Notes: generated by a model from the letters alone, not told the origin. 64,000 nt of DNA from a virus (IMGVR_UViG_3300031555_005217:71047-135046), one strand, 5' to 3'; positions 11,348 to 21,839 are shown, counted from the stretch's first letter. Translations and numbers: made by a program.

Positions 11348-12748
11348 TTATTTATCATATCTAAAATCTAAAAATACAGGAAATCTTAAACTAATTCCAC
11401 CATTTTGATTTGTAGTTTCTTCGAAATATTGTACAGCAATTGTTAAACCAACATAATCTTCTGGATGTTTCCAAATTTCTTCACGAAGTTCTTTAGTAAA
11501 TCCTGAACCTACTTTTACTTGATGTCCTTTATAATCTACAATAAAAGCTCCTAATTTACCTTTATTTTGGTTATTACCTTCCTCATATCCAATAATTTCT
11601 AAATCAAGATCTTGCATTTTCTTTACCTTTAATAAATTTGAGGTTCTACGGAATTCATAAGGTGACTTTACTATATTAATCATAACTCCTTCTTCTCCGT
11701 GCTCAATATTATAGTTTAACCACTTAACAATTTGAGAAGTATCTTTTCCTTGATATAATATAGGTAGAACTTCAAAATATTTAAAATCAGCTATAGCTGA
11801 AACGTGGATAACTTCATTAGGAGTATCACCAGCTAAATACTCAATATCACTTATAAAATCAAAAGGTGAAATTACTGGATTTATATCTCCTCCAAATATT
11901 TCCGCTAACCAATTTCTTCTAGCTATGTAAGGAATAGGACAAAATTGTTTTCTAAATTGCTTTGCTGACATACAATCAAATACTAACATTTTAACTCCAT
12001 GTTTTTCACCATCTTTTCTAGTGATTTTCATAGTTTGTTTGTATTGCTCTTTACTACTTAATCCTTCTCCATTTAATAAAGTAATTTCTCCATCAAAACA
12101 AATATTATCAATAGGTAAGGCATTTAACTCATTCTCTAAATCAACTAATCCTTCATATAATTGACCTTGTCTAGTAAAGAATTTACTTATGCCATTTTCT
12201 TTAATAGCAATTATTCTTGCACCATCTATCTTTGTAGTTAGTGCAAATTCTTTTCCTTCAACATATTCAGGATTATCAAAGTATTTATTTGCTAACATAA
12301 CATCAAATGTTGGAATTAAATTAGGAATTATCGCATTAATACTTAATATACTAATTCCCAATATTAAATTCTTAGTAATAACTGCATCAAATAGATCTGA
12401 TAAAGCTTGTTTATCAGCATATTCAGATGTTAAAATATTGAGTGATTTAAAATCTTGAATTTCCGCAATAGTTGAATCTGTTCCGGTATTATATTCCTGT
12501 ACAAAATCCATAACCTCAAACATAGTATTAAGATTCATTATCGCATCAATATGAACAATTTTATTTAATTTCTTATCAGAGATACCTGTAGTAATATATG
12601 GATTATAAATAAAATGTAAATATTTTTTAATTACCTCATCATCTTTATATTTTTCTAATACCGATAATTTATAATTTCTTCCGTTATTTAAATTTATTTC
12701 TTTAACAAATTCATTAAATTTAATCAGTGTTAACATAAATGCCTCCAA
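11348..12748 (-). CDS. ATP-dependent DNA ligase
   Basis: Nucleotidyltransferase motif I TTKIDGARIIA (KxDGxR). SD ggaggc upstream. Confidence 0.7.
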   Translation of the reverse strand: MEAFMLTLIKFNEFVKEINLNNGRNYKLSVLEKYKDDEVIKKYLHFIYNPYITTGISDKKLNKIVHIDAIMNLNTMFEVMDFVQEYNTGTDSTIAEIQDFKSLNILTSEYADKQALSDLFDAVITKNLILGISILSINAIIPNLIPTFDVMLANKYFDNPEYVEGKEFALTTKIDGARIIAIKENGISKFFTRQGQLYEGLVDLENELNALPIDNICFDGEITLLNGEGLSSKEQYKQTMKITRKDGEKHGVKMLVFDCMSAKQFRKQFCPIPYIARRNWLAEIFGGDINPVISPFDFISDIEYLAGDTPNEVIHVSAIADFKYFEVLPILYQGKDTSQIVKWLNYNIEHGEEGVMINIVKSPYEFRRTSNLLKVKKMQDLDLEIIGYEEGNNQNKGKLGAFIVDYKGHQVKVGSGFTKELREEIWKHPEDYVGLTIAVQYFEETTNQNGGISLRFPVFLDFRYDK

Positions 12749-12763
12749 TATAATTATAATATA

Positions 12764-12773
12764 TAATACAATA
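12764..12773 (-). promoter_or_regulatory. class-1 promoter-like motif upstream of the DNA ligase gene
   Basis: ataatacaat, 16 nt before the SD and start codon at 12748. Confidence 0.4.
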
Positions 12774-12837
12774 AAAATAAAGTAAGGATTTAATTTCCTT
12801 ACTTAAACTAAATTTCAAATAATTTATTTAAAAAAAT

Positions 12838-13374
12838 CTATTTTACAGCATTTAGATAATTCTTTATAACAGCAATACTTGAATCAGAATCATTACCAAA
12901 CAATGCTCTAGATAACATACCCAATGTTTTTGGAGTATTTAATTCTTTTGTTTCTAGAGATTTAGTTAATAAATCTAATAATTCTTTTTGAGAATTGCTT
13001 AATCCAGCATGTAAAACTTTATAATAATCAGTTTCTTCTTTTAAGAACTTCTCAAATAAAGCATTATCCTCTTGTATCCAATTTTCTAGTGTTGGACCAA
13101 TTTCATCATAACCTTGGAATCTAAAATGTTCATCCCAATATGCCATCTTAGTTTCAAGAGTATCTTCAGTAAAATTATATTGCTTAACTATTTCACAATT
13201 AACTGAAGTACCGTGATCTAAAGCTAATCTAATATATAATTTACCTTCATTCCCAAAACAACCTTGACAAATACAATGTTCCTTACCTAAATATAAATTA
13301 CTTTTAGTAAAATCTAAAGTATAAATCTTATCTCCATAAATTACATCATAAAATAAATATCCCATATATTCCAC
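12838..13374 (-). CDS. hypothetical protein
   Basis: Intact ORF. Confidence 0.45.
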   Translation of the reverse strand: MEYMGYLFYDVIYGDKIYTLDFTKSNLYLGKEHCICQGCFGNEGKLYIRLALDHGTSVNCEIVKQYNFTEDTLETKMAYWDEHFRFQGYDEIGPTLENWIQEDNALFEKFLKEETDYYKVLHAGLSNSQKELLDLLTKSLETKELNTPKTLGMLSRALFGNDSDSSIAVIKNYLNAVK

Positions 13375-13377
13375 CTC

Positions 13378-13662
13378 TTATCGTTGATTTAATTGCCATT
13401 CTTGATAGTACTGCATAACATCTTCATATTGATTAATATATTCAGTCCATTGTGTTTCGGTACATGGAGTATTCCAACTAGCTCCAACTGGTCGATAATA
13501 CTGATTATTATAATATCCTAAATACCATATTAGAACTGCTACCTCAATTTCTCTACGATCTTGTTTTCTTCTACCTGGTAAATTTCTCCACCATTCATCT
13601 AAGAAAAATGCATGAGATCGTAATGTAATTAAAGCAGTTATTGCTGTTTGTCCTTCTGTCAT
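13378..13662 (-). CDS. hypothetical protein
   Basis: Intact ORF. Promoter motif at 13683-13692. Confidence 0.45.
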   Translation of the reverse strand: MTEGQTAITALITLRSHAFFLDEWWRNLPGRRKQDRREIEVAVLIWYLGYYNNQYYRPVGASWNTPCTETQWTEYINQYEDVMQYYQEWQLNQR

Positions 13663-13703
13663 ATTAACACCTTCCTTTAAATATTATACAATAGGAAAGG
13701 TAA

Positions 13704-14327
13704 TTAATCATCTAAATAACATAAAAATAATTCAAAAGTCATTCCAGTTCCTCTTAAGGTTATTCTTCGGCAACCTTGTTTTTCAAAAAATAACCAGAAA
13801 TCTAATTCCCAACCATTCTGATTCATATCAGTATGTTCGTATCCTAAAATTTCTAATAATGACCAAGCTTGATAAGGTGTTATACCTTTACCTGTTAGAT
13901 TTAATGTCAGATCTTCCTCATTAACAACTTCAGGTAGATTTTCTATTTTATAAATAAAATCTTTAAAGATAGGTGTAAATTTATTTATTAAATCATCACT
14001 TAACTTCCAACCTGATACTGCAGCTTCATCTGAATCGACTTCAATCTTAGTTAAGTCTTTAATGTAATATTTTGAAGAAGGTGTTTTATTCCAATAAGAA
14101 GAACTTCCTTTAAAATAAAAGCCTTTATTTTCTTTATAGTAAAGTGATTTCTCACTCAATCTATCTGTTTTTGTATTGTATACTGTTACTTTAGAAACGG
14201 TTAATTCTTTATCTTGACTATATGCAGTCTGTGTAGGCTTATCTTTTGAAAGTTGATCTTCATCCAACATTACTTGAAACCAACCATCTTTTGTTAAATA
14301 ATTAGGTTTAAAATCCATAATTACCAC
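13704..14327 (-). CDS. hypothetical protein
   Basis: Intact ORF. Confidence 0.45.
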   Translation of the reverse strand: MVIMDFKPNYLTKDGWFQVMLDEDQLSKDKPTQTAYSQDKELTVSKVTVYNTKTDRLSEKSLYYKENKGFYFKGSSSYWNKTPSSKYYIKDLTKIEVDSDEAAVSGWKLSDDLINKFTPIFKDFIYKIENLPEVVNEEDLTLNLTGKGITPYQAWSLLEILGYEHTDMNQNGWELDFWLFFEKQGCRRITLRGTGMTFELFLCYLDD

Positions 14328-14623
14328 CCCACCTCAAATGTTTTTCTTCTATCTCCAATTTTACCACATTTTCTACATACTGAAACTAATTCACCATTTA
14401 CGACTTCTACTTTAAAGTCATGATCACAGGAAGGAATTATTACCTCAATATTAGATGGATTTATAAAAAACTTATCTCCTGTAAATCTCGTTTCAGTATA
14501 ACCACAAGTAGGACAGTTCCATCTAGTTTGAGGTGGATGCGTAGTTAATATTAGTGAGGTATCTTCAATTAATTCATGTCCACATGTAGGACATACAATG
14601 TTACGTAAATTATTAGTATTCAT
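14321..14623 (-). CDS. zinc-ribbon protein (two CPTCGx pairs)
   Basis: CPTCGHEL ... CPTCGYTE ... CRKCGK. Confidence 0.45.
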   Translation of the reverse strand: MNTNNLRNIVCPTCGHELIEDTSLILTTHPPQTRWNCPTCGYTETRFTGDKFFINPSNIEVIIPSCDHDFKVEVVNGELVSVCRKCGKIGDRRKTFEVGW

Positions 14624-14637
14624 ATTTTTTCACCTCT

Positions 14638-14961
14638 TTAACAATTATTACTATAAATAACTATATACTGATTAAAGATAAAATTATCTTCTATATATTT
14701 ATCAACTGCATCGTCATAATCTTTATCTGATAAATCTTTAAAATCAGAATGATCACATAAAATATATTCAGCTAAATGATCATGTAATTCATCTTGATTA
14801 TAATAACAATTATCATAAAGAGTTAATTCATCAATTTCACAATTTCTTAATTTATTTGCAGAATAATCATAATCTAAATCTATATTATTTTCAGCAAATA
14901 TCATTACTGGTAAATCTGGGTTATCCATTATTAACTTAGCTAATTTTAAATTTACATCCAT
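14638..14961 (-). CDS. hypothetical acidic protein
   Basis: Track ORF 14638..15018 trimmed to the internal Met (MDVNLKLAKL) that abuts the upstream gene. Confidence 0.35.
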   Translation of the reverse strand: MDVNLKLAKLIMDNPDLPVMIFAENNIDLDYDYSANKLRNCEIDELTLYDNCYYNQDELHDHLAEYILCDHSDFKDLSDKDYDDAVDKYIEDNFIFNQYIVIYSNNC

Positions 14962-14962
14962 A

Positions 14963-15520
14963 CTAATTACCTTCCTCATAGAATTTTTTATCATGATTGT
15001 GATGTTTATATTCTTCAATAACAGTTTTAAGTCTCTTTAAAAGTTCATCAGTTGCCTTGCCTGGATCTAAGAAAATATCTTTATTATCTACATAATGCAA
15101 CATACTCCATCTGGGATCTTTATTAAATTCTAGCACATAATCATTTCCATAGAAATCATAAATATAGTAATCTGATTTTCTTTCTTCTGCCATACCAATA
15201 CTTCTAAACCATCTGCCACCTGATATTCTACAGAAATCAATTAACTCATCATCATCCTGAATATTTAATAAATCTTCAGGAGTTTTTTTATTATCCTTTA
15301 ATACTTCGTTAATATCAAAATAATTTAAAACTTTAATTTGATAATAATAAGTTGGAGCTATACACATTTGAATCATATCTTTTTTAATTTCTTTCTTGAT
15401 AGCTTCTTCTGTTGTTTTAGGTTTATTTAGTTCCTCAATTTCTTTTTTAGCAAGATGTAATGCATTTTCTAAATCGGTATATTGTTTAATAAATAGTTCT
15501 TCTAGTGTTTTTATTTCCAT
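14963..15520 (-). CDS. hypothetical protein
   Basis: Intact ORF. Confidence 0.45.
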   Translation of the reverse strand: MEIKTLEELFIKQYTDLENALHLAKKEIEELNKPKTTEEAIKKEIKKDMIQMCIAPTYYYQIKVLNYFDINEVLKDNKKTPEDLLNIQDDDELIDFCRISGGRWFRSIGMAEERKSDYYIYDFYGNDYVLEFNKDPRWSMLHYVDNKDIFLDPGKATDELLKRLKTVIEEYKHHNHDKKFYEEGN

Positions 15521-15523
15521 TGC

Positions 15524-15739
15524 TTAATACCTTTCCTTTTCTAATGCCTCTTTTAACGTCTTAATCTCTTCTTCTAGTTTAAGTATCTTATAAGTAAGTT
15601 CTAGTCCAGAAGTATGACTAATTAATAACTTATATGCTTCATTAACATCGCCATTAGTTATTTTTAATGCTTTGGAACAATCCATCATACCAAAGTTAGT
15701 TTTTTGACATAGATAATCAACTTTTTCTCGTGTAATCAT
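15524..15739 (-). CDS. hypothetical small protein
   Basis: Intact ORF. Confidence 0.4.
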   Translation of the reverse strand: MITREKVDYLCQKTNFGMMDCSKALKITNGDVNEAYKLLISHTSGLELTYKILKLEEEIKTLKEALEKERY

Positions 15740-15745
15740 TTTTTA

Positions 15746-16159
15746 TTACTCCTCAACTTTCTGTAATAATTCAGGATTTTCATATATATTACCTATCACT
15801 CTTTTATTCTTTGCTCTAGTAAAAAGTACTGTCTTTTTACCTCTAGAATTCCTTGGACCATCTCCTAAAGTAAACGCTGCATTTCTATTATCATAAGAAA
15901 CTACTCCATAAAATATTTTGTTATAATGATACCCAGAAGAAATAGTATATTCAACTATATCTCCTTCATAGATACCAACGCCTTCCTTATCATACACTCC
16001 AACATATCTCATCATTATGAATTCATTTAAGTAATAAGTTTCAAGATAGAGTTTATTCTTCTTGCTAGGTGCAAATATAAATCCACCATCAAAACTAATT
16101 CTATAAACAGGAACAACTCTATTTTCATCCTTTATATATGCTCTAAATGTATTGACCAT
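15746..16159 (-). CDS. YopX-like phage protein
   Basis: C-terminal GNIYENPELL and overall YopX-family pattern. Confidence 0.5.
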   Translation of the reverse strand: MVNTFRAYIKDENRVVPVYRISFDGGFIFAPSKKNKLYLETYYLNEFIMMRYVGVYDKEGVGIYEGDIVEYTISSGYHYNKIFYGVVSYDNRNAAFTLGDGPRNSRGKKTVLFTRAKNKRVIGNIYENPELLQKVEE

Positions 16160-16392
16160 TATTTATCAACTCCTAAAGTACATAATAATACAATAATTTC
16201 AATCATAAATGATATTGGACAAACTATCAAATAAATAACTATAAGTAAAGACTTACCAAACCAGTTTATATTTTTAAGTTTACTAATATATTTAAGTGTA
16301 GATTGTTGTGTGTAGCAAGAGATTATTAGATGAGCTATTTCTAAGAAAAGTACTAGAAGTGCATAAAGTGCAATAAAATGTGATAATTCCAT
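16159..16392 (-). CDS. small membrane protein
   Basis: Hydrophobic 77-aa ORF. Confidence 0.35.
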   Translation of the reverse strand: MELSHFIALYALLVLFLEIAHLIISCYTQQSTLKYISKLKNINWFGKSLLIVIYLIVCPISFMIEIIVLLCTLGVDK

Positions 16393-16604
16393 TATTCCAC
16401 CTCTTCAAATCTAACTTTAACTATCTGGTACTTTCTAGCATATTGAAAAGGAAATCCTGGAAAACATACTTTATCATATAATCTCTTTTCTGCAACTTCA
16501 ATAGCAGTTTTCTCATTCTTATATAATTTACAATCATAAATATTTTTACTTAAAGTGTTATCTTTACATAGATAATAATCACTGAATTTAACTGCATAAT
16601 ACAT
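16392..16604 (-). CDS. hypothetical small protein
   Basis: Intact ORF. Confidence 0.35.
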   Translation of the reverse strand: MYYAVKFSDYYLCKDNTLSKNIYDCKLYKNEKTAIEVAEKRLYDKVCFPGFPFQYARKYQIVKVRFEEVE

Positions 16605-17530
16605 TACTGTCTCACCTCAGTCTTACGTAATTCATTTATATGTCTGAACATTTCACCAATATCATCTTTTAAAGGGAATCTATTACTTAAAGGAGATAAT
16701 GAGCAAATACTATATTGTTGATTGACGCAATCAATATAACAAGTCATCGATCCATCATCTCCCATAAAATATTGATCCCATTCTTCTTGAGATAATAGTC
16801 TCTTAGCTTCTAATTGCTTTAAAGCTAAATTATCAAAACTTACAACATTAAAATGATTTACCATTTCTTTTAATTCATTATAATAATCTGATTTAAGATT
16901 TTCAACCTCTTTAGAATAATAATTTAATCCTCTTCTAAATTCTTTATAACCTAAAATTAAAACCTTTAAATTATGATCATATAATTTTTTAACTTCTGAT
17001 AAAGGTTGAACTCCATTAATAATATGAATTACTGCATTAGGAAACTTCTTAACTCTTTCAATAAATTCATCTGTAACCTTTACTAATGAAATACCTAAAC
17101 CATAAATTAATTTTTCTCTAACTAACATATCAACTAGTTCAATATATTCATCTCTCATAAAGTGAACTTGATTAATTGTCATGCTTGGAATTAAATGTAA
17201 AGATTTACATTTCTTTAAAAACGGAATTAAATCTGGATGTGTTAAAGGATTACCTCCACCAATAGCTAATTCAGTGTAAGGTAATAAAGTATCCATAAAC
17301 TTTAAATTCATAATATCTCCATGTAACCCATCGGCTGTAGAATTCTCATGGCAAAATGGACAACCCATATCACACATATTTGTAATTTTAATATCCATAC
17401 TTTCTGGTTTTTCAGGAGCAAAGAAATCTAAATCATTAGCTCTTACCTTTGTACCATCATCAAATACTGTTACATTATAATTACCATTTCTATATTTTCC
17501 TAAAATTTTCATATTATTTAGTTCCTCCAA
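16604..17530 (-). CDS. radical SAM domain protein
   Basis: CxxxCxxC motif ITNMCDMGCPFCH and Gly-rich IGGGNPLT. Confidence 0.55.
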   Translation of the reverse strand: MEELNNMKILGKYRNGNYNVTVFDDGTKVRANDLDFFAPEKPESMDIKITNMCDMGCPFCHENSTADGLHGDIMNLKFMDTLLPYTELAIGGGNPLTHPDLIPFLKKCKSLHLIPSMTINQVHFMRDEYIELVDMLVREKLIYGLGISLVKVTDEFIERVKKFPNAVIHIINGVQPLSEVKKLYDHNLKVLILGYKEFRRGLNYYSKEVENLKSDYYNELKEMVNHFNVVSFDNLALKQLEAKRLLSQEEWDQYFMGDDGSMTCYIDCVNQQYSICSLSPLSNRFPLKDDIGEMFRHINELRKTEVRQ

Positions 17531-17843
17531 ACTTTTCTTTGTAATCCTTTTTAGTCATTACATTTTTAATCTCAAAATCATTTCCAATATTATAATACAT
17601 TTCCCATTTTAAATCATCAAAATTACCTTTTTTAATAACCGTATAATCTGACCAATCTTCATTATAAGATATTATTTCGCAATTTTCATAATCAATTACC
17701 TTTAAAGCCCAACCATATAATATTTGATTATCATCTATGCGACCATCTCCTATTTGAAAAATAGAATTTTGCCAATTATTACCTTTAGTATCTTCATATT
17801 TAACTAATCTTATAAAATCATCCCAAATAAAAACTGTTTCCAT
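17514..17843 (-). CDS. hypothetical protein
   Basis: Intact ORF. Confidence 0.4.
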   Translation of the reverse strand: METVFIWDDFIRLVKYEDTKGNNWQNSIFQIGDGRIDDNQILYGWALKVIDYENCEIISYNEDWSDYTVIKKGNFDDLKWEMYYNIGNDFEIKNVMTKKDYKEKFGGTK

Positions 17844-17859
17844 AAAAATACCTCCTACA

Positions 17860-18312
17860 TTATTTTATATCTTTCAAATTCTTTAGTATATCAGATGCTT
17901 TATTAATAAACTTGCAAGGTTGATAGTCATCATCCATATAATAATCATAGTCATAGTCATCACAAGTTATATCAACAAAACCAAAATTAGGATCTATATA
18001 ATAACCTCTTTCTAAATCCTTATCCATTGATCTTTTCAAGCTTTCTTTTGCTTTATCTGCTAATAACTTAGATAATATATCAACTGCCTCTGTATGATTG
18101 ATTAGTGATGTTAATTTTAGTTTATCTAATGGATAAACATTCTCTTTTTTAGAATAAGTTTTATCAGTTATAATTTTAGTAACAATACCTACATAACTTT
18201 CATTGTCAGAAACAATATCTCCAACTTTAACCTTTTCCTTAATTAAATAAGTATATTTTGTGTGATATTTATAATCCCCAAAACTTTGTTTTAAATTAAC
18301 AACATACATAAT
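17860..18312 (-). CDS. hypothetical protein
   Basis: Track ORF trimmed to the internal Met with SD gaggtgg. Promoter motif at 18338-18347 lies upstream. Confidence 0.4.
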   Translation of the reverse strand: MMYVVNLKQSFGDYKYHTKYTYLIKEKVKVGDIVSDNESYVGIVTKIITDKTYSKKENVYPLDKLKLTSLINHTEAVDILSKLLADKAKESLKRSMDKDLERGYYIDPNFGFVDITCDDYDYDYYMDDDYQPCKFINKASDILKNLKDIK

Positions 18313-18337
18313 AACCACCTCATATATTATTTTAAAT

Positions 18338-18347
18338 ATTATACAAT
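18338..18347 (-). promoter_or_regulatory. class-1 promoter-like motif
   Basis: attatacaat; the minus strand reads TTGTATAAT (TG-extended -10-like). Confidence 0.4.
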
Positions 18348-18393
18348 AAACAAAAAATGAAACTAGCGTTTTTACTAGTTTCATTTAAATTTT

Positions 18394-18717
18394 TTATCCA
18401 TCATAACCAAAATATCCGAATGCATGTATTACTTCACCAGATTCGGTTGTGAATGTATCATGAAATACTTCATAGCAATCTCCACCAAAATCTTCCCAAG
18501 TTTGATAACGATAATAATCAACATCTGCTACATCTTCAGCTGATGTTACTTCAGGATGTTTTTGTTGGATTTGTTCTAAGCTAACTAACTCCTCACTATA
18601 CTTATCATACCATAATTCACCATTTTCAAACTTTTCAAATTCGGTACCACTACACATTGTAAGGGTATGAGTGCTGCTTGAATTAGTTTCAAAAACTCCT
18701 CTTCTAATTTGTTTCAT
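18394..18717 (-). CDS. paralog 1 of the FETNSSSTH-leader family
   Basis: N-terminus MKQIRRGVFETNSSSTHTL is shared with three neighbouring ORFs. Confidence 0.5.
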   Translation of the reverse strand: MKQIRRGVFETNSSSTHTLTMCSGTEFEKFENGELWYDKYSEELVSLEQIQQKHPEVTSAEDVADVDYYRYQTWEDFGGDCYEVFHDTFTTESGEVIHAFGYFGYDG

Positions 18718-18736
18718 TTATTAAGTTCCTTTCTTT

Positions 18737-19300
18737 TTAATTTCCTTTATAAAACCACTCATAATCATCTACTTTTGGATTATAGTGTGGATTATCATAA
18801 CTAAATCCCCATTCATCTTCAATAATCTTTTTATCTCTATCCCAGAAACCATGAATAAGGTCATCATTATCATTTCCAGTATAAACTAAACCAGCAAAAA
18901 TGAAATTTAAAACTCTATCATCACTTTCAAAAATATATGATAGAAATTCATCTAGATCTCCAAAATGATCAATATATCCTTCCTCTAAGGATATCCAAGC
19001 ATGATTAGTACCTTCCTCATATACTCTGGTAATAGGTTGTTCTAGATCATAATTAATATTATTTCTATCTAAAATTTCAGTTAATTTTTCTACATAAAAT
19101 TGACTTGGATTTTTATACAGATCCCATAATACACAAGCAGTATATAAATAATCTGCAGCATTTTCTTTATTAAATCCCCAACCAAATTCACCTATTTTGA
19201 AAGAAATATATTTCTTTTTCTTAACATTATTTTTAGGTATTGCTAAAGCGTGAGTAGAGCTACTATTAGTCTCAAACACTTTTCTTCTAATTTGTATCAT
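18737..19300 (-). CDS. paralog 2 of the FETNSSSTH-leader family
   Basis: MIQIRRKVFETNSSSTHAL... Confidence 0.5.
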   Translation of the reverse strand: MIQIRRKVFETNSSSTHALAIPKNNVKKKKYISFKIGEFGWGFNKENAADYLYTACVLWDLYKNPSQFYVEKLTEILDRNNINYDLEQPITRVYEEGTNHAWISLEEGYIDHFGDLDEFLSYIFESDDRVLNFIFAGLVYTGNDNDDLIHGFWDRDKKIIEDEWGFSYDNPHYNPKVDDYEWFYKGN

Positions 19301-19312
19301 ATAATATTCCTC

Positions 19313-19861
19313 CTATCCAGTTATATGACAAAATACAAGTTTTTTATTCTGTAGATCTTCTATAAATTCATAATAAGGTTCATAATTTCTATCACCAAAA
19401 TAAATTGCTCCATATTGGAAGAATTCTTTTAACTCAATATCAGATAAATCCATAAATTTATCTATATCGCCATAATCTCCTTCATGGAATAAATATTGAC
19501 CATCATCTAATAAATAATAACTTTCTTCATCTAATCTTAATTGAAATACCGCGTTAGGAAATAGTTTTTGAAGTCTAACCATTAAACATCTTCCTTCAGT
19601 TAATTCGTTATAATTAGTTTGATAAAACATGCTTAACATATATCTTAGTTTTTCAGTAATAGTTGAAAAGCAGGCATCCCAAGGATTAGTATGTTTACTT
19701 AAAGCTGTTATCTCACTTTGAGTATAAGGTCTTATAACATAATTCATTTCAAATAATGATTGATCGATAGAATAATTTTTCTTATATCTATCTGATTTAA
19801 ATGTAAATGCATGAGTGCTAGAACTGTTTGTTTCAAATACCGATCTTCTAATTTGTTTCAT
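19313..19861 (-). CDS. paralog 3 of the FETNSSSTH-leader family
   Basis: Start set at MKQIRRSVFETNSSSTHAF, the internal Met of track ORF 19313..19903. Confidence 0.5.
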   Translation of the reverse strand: MKQIRRSVFETNSSSTHAFTFKSDRYKKNYSIDQSLFEMNYVIRPYTQSEITALSKHTNPWDACFSTITEKLRYMLSMFYQTNYNELTEGRCLMVRLQKLFPNAVFQLRLDEESYYLLDDGQYLFHEGDYGDIDKFMDLSDIELKEFFQYGAIYFGDRNYEPYYEFIEDLQNKKLVFCHITG

Positions 19862-19871
19862 ATTAATACCT

Positions 19872-20126
19872 CTATGTTCTATATCTGAGTTGTTCAAACT
19901 CAATATTTTTAATTTTATCTATATTTAAATATAATACCCTATCATCAAAATTAAATTTTCTTGATCTTACTTCATATTCCTCTTTAGCAATTGTTATTAA
20001 ATCTCCAACATTAGGAATACCTAAAGTAGTATCCATTTTAGTCTCTATTATAGCATGTCCATATGAGTATCTTAAAATAACATCATTTATATTTACTACC
20101 TTATTACATCTAAAAACGTCTAACAT
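19872..20126 (-). CDS. hypothetical protein
   Basis: Intact ORF. Confidence 0.4.
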   Translation of the reverse strand: MLDVFRCNKVVNINDVILRYSYGHAIIETKMDTTLGIPNVGDLITIAKEEYEVRSRKFNFDDRVLYLNIDKIKNIEFEQLRYRT

Positions 20127-20128
20127 AA

Positions 20129-20785
20129 CTATTCCTCCATTCTATTAAGGATATAATCAATTTTGCCTCTGAGCATTAATAAATCCTCTTTAGTCATTTG
20201 TTGTAGATCAAATTTATTATCAATAAAAACAACTTCATATCCCATACCATTAAGCATTCTACTTAGAAGAACTACATTATCAACTTCTGATGGTTTAGCA
20301 TTTATGCTTAATAAGGTAATACCATTCTTATTTAATGTTATTGGTAGACTGGAAATTAATTGTTCGGTATACATTTCTGTACAATCCCAAGTTTTAAAAC
20401 CATCATCAAGCTCAATCAATTCTGAACTATATAATTTCTTTCCATCAGGACTAAGCTTTTTGATTTTATATAAATTAGGATCTTCTAAACTTTTTAACTC
20501 ACCTTCATAATATATCTTTGCTTTAATTGCACCTGTATCAGGATCCCTAAATTCTAATAAATCACCTTCATCAATTAAATCTAATATGTTATCTGAAGAT
20601 TTTTTAACTTCAACTTTTTGATTATTCCAACCACCAATACTTTCAAATCCTTCATAGGAGTCAAAACAAAACCAATTAGGTTCTCCTGCAGGACTATAAC
20701 TAACTCTATATTGAGAAGTATTAATTATTTCATTGTTAACTGTTAACATATATTTTTTAATTGTAACCATTTTTAAGACCTCCAT
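20129..20785 (-). CDS. hypothetical protein
   Basis: Intact ORF. Confidence 0.45.
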   Translation of the reverse strand: MEVLKMVTIKKYMLTVNNEIINTSQYRVSYSPAGEPNWFCFDSYEGFESIGGWNNQKVEVKKSSDNILDLIDEGDLLEFRDPDTGAIKAKIYYEGELKSLEDPNLYKIKKLSPDGKKLYSSELIELDDGFKTWDCTEMYTEQLISSLPITLNKNGITLLSINAKPSEVDNVVLLSRMLNGMGYEVVFIDNKFDLQQMTKEDLLMLRGKIDYILNRMEE

Positions 20786-20787
20786 AA

Positions 20788-21513
20788 CTAGTGATTATCA
20801 TTATCTATAATAATCATAATATCATCAGAAAATAAATAGGTTTCATATCCAATATTATTTATATGATAAATTAAATTGTATTCTTCTAAACTTTGATGAT
20901 CAATTGAACCAAATCCTGAGAAATGTTCCCAACCTTTGTTGTTTGGATGACCCCATCTAGAATCTACCCAATCATACTTGTGCCAAAATTTATGATTAAT
21001 GGTATTTTTACGACGTCCATCAAAGATGTTATCTAATTCATAATCATTTAGCGTATCATCCCACCAATAATATTTAAACCCTTTAAAGTCAAAGTTACAA
21101 TATTTCTTAAAAAGTTCTTTTAACTCTGTAACTTCAATGGATTCATCTAAAATCTTACAAGCATCTTCCCAACGCTTTTGAGCTTCTTTATCTTCATAAT
21201 CATTCCATAAATAATGATCAGCATAAGATAAATCATTTTTCTTGCGGATATAATTTGGATCTTTCTTATCAGACAATACTTTTAAAGCAATATGAGTCAT
21301 TAAATAATTTAATTTTTCATACCATCTTTTTAATGGAGTTTCTCTTGTCCAATCATATTTACCAAAATTTACTGGAATATAACCTTCTTTATCCGCATAA
21401 TAGTATTGAATTTTATCTGTTGGATCTATTATACTAGGATTTTTACTTCTATATACTAATGCATGTGAACTTGAACTATTAGTTTCAAATACTCCTTTTC
21501 TAATTTGAATCAT
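20788..21513 (-). CDS. paralog 4 of the FETNSSSTH-leader family
   Basis: MIQIRKGVFETNSSSSHAL... Confidence 0.5.
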   Translation of the reverse strand: MIQIRKGVFETNSSSSHALVYRSKNPSIIDPTDKIQYYYADKEGYIPVNFGKYDWTRETPLKRWYEKLNYLMTHIALKVLSDKKDPNYIRKKNDLSYADHYLWNDYEDKEAQKRWEDACKILDESIEVTELKELFKKYCNFDFKGFKYYWWDDTLNDYELDNIFDGRRKNTINHKFWHKYDWVDSRWGHPNNKGWEHFSGFGSIDHQSLEEYNLIYHINNIGYETYLFSDDIMIIIDNDNH

Positions 21514-21596
21514 ATTAAAATCCTCCTTGTTTTAATTAATATACAATAAAATAAAAAGTATTAAGATGAAACTTAATACTTTTAATAAAATATTAT

Positions 21597-21800
21597 TTAT
21601 TTTTTACTTGGTTTATATCTAAAGAATGCTTCTACTTGACTATTATATAAATAAGTTAATTTATCATATTTATCTTGTAAATCAAGATAAGCTTTTTGAT
21701 AGTTTTCTAAATCCTTAGTTAATTGTTCAATTTTCTGATCTTTAGCTTCACAAGAACATTCTTCACCACAGTTACATACTTTTTTTGTAGAGTCTGCCAT
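21597..21800 (-). CDS. small Cys-rich protein (CNCGEECSC)
   Basis: Start set at MADSTKK with SD gaaaggat. Promoter motif at 21831-21840. Confidence 0.4.
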   Translation of the reverse strand: MADSTKKVCNCGEECSCEAKDQKIEQLTKDLENYQKAYLDLQDKYDKLTYLYNSQVEAFFRYKPSKK

Positions 21801-21839
21801 ATTTAATTTATCCTTTCTATAAATATATAAATAATACAA

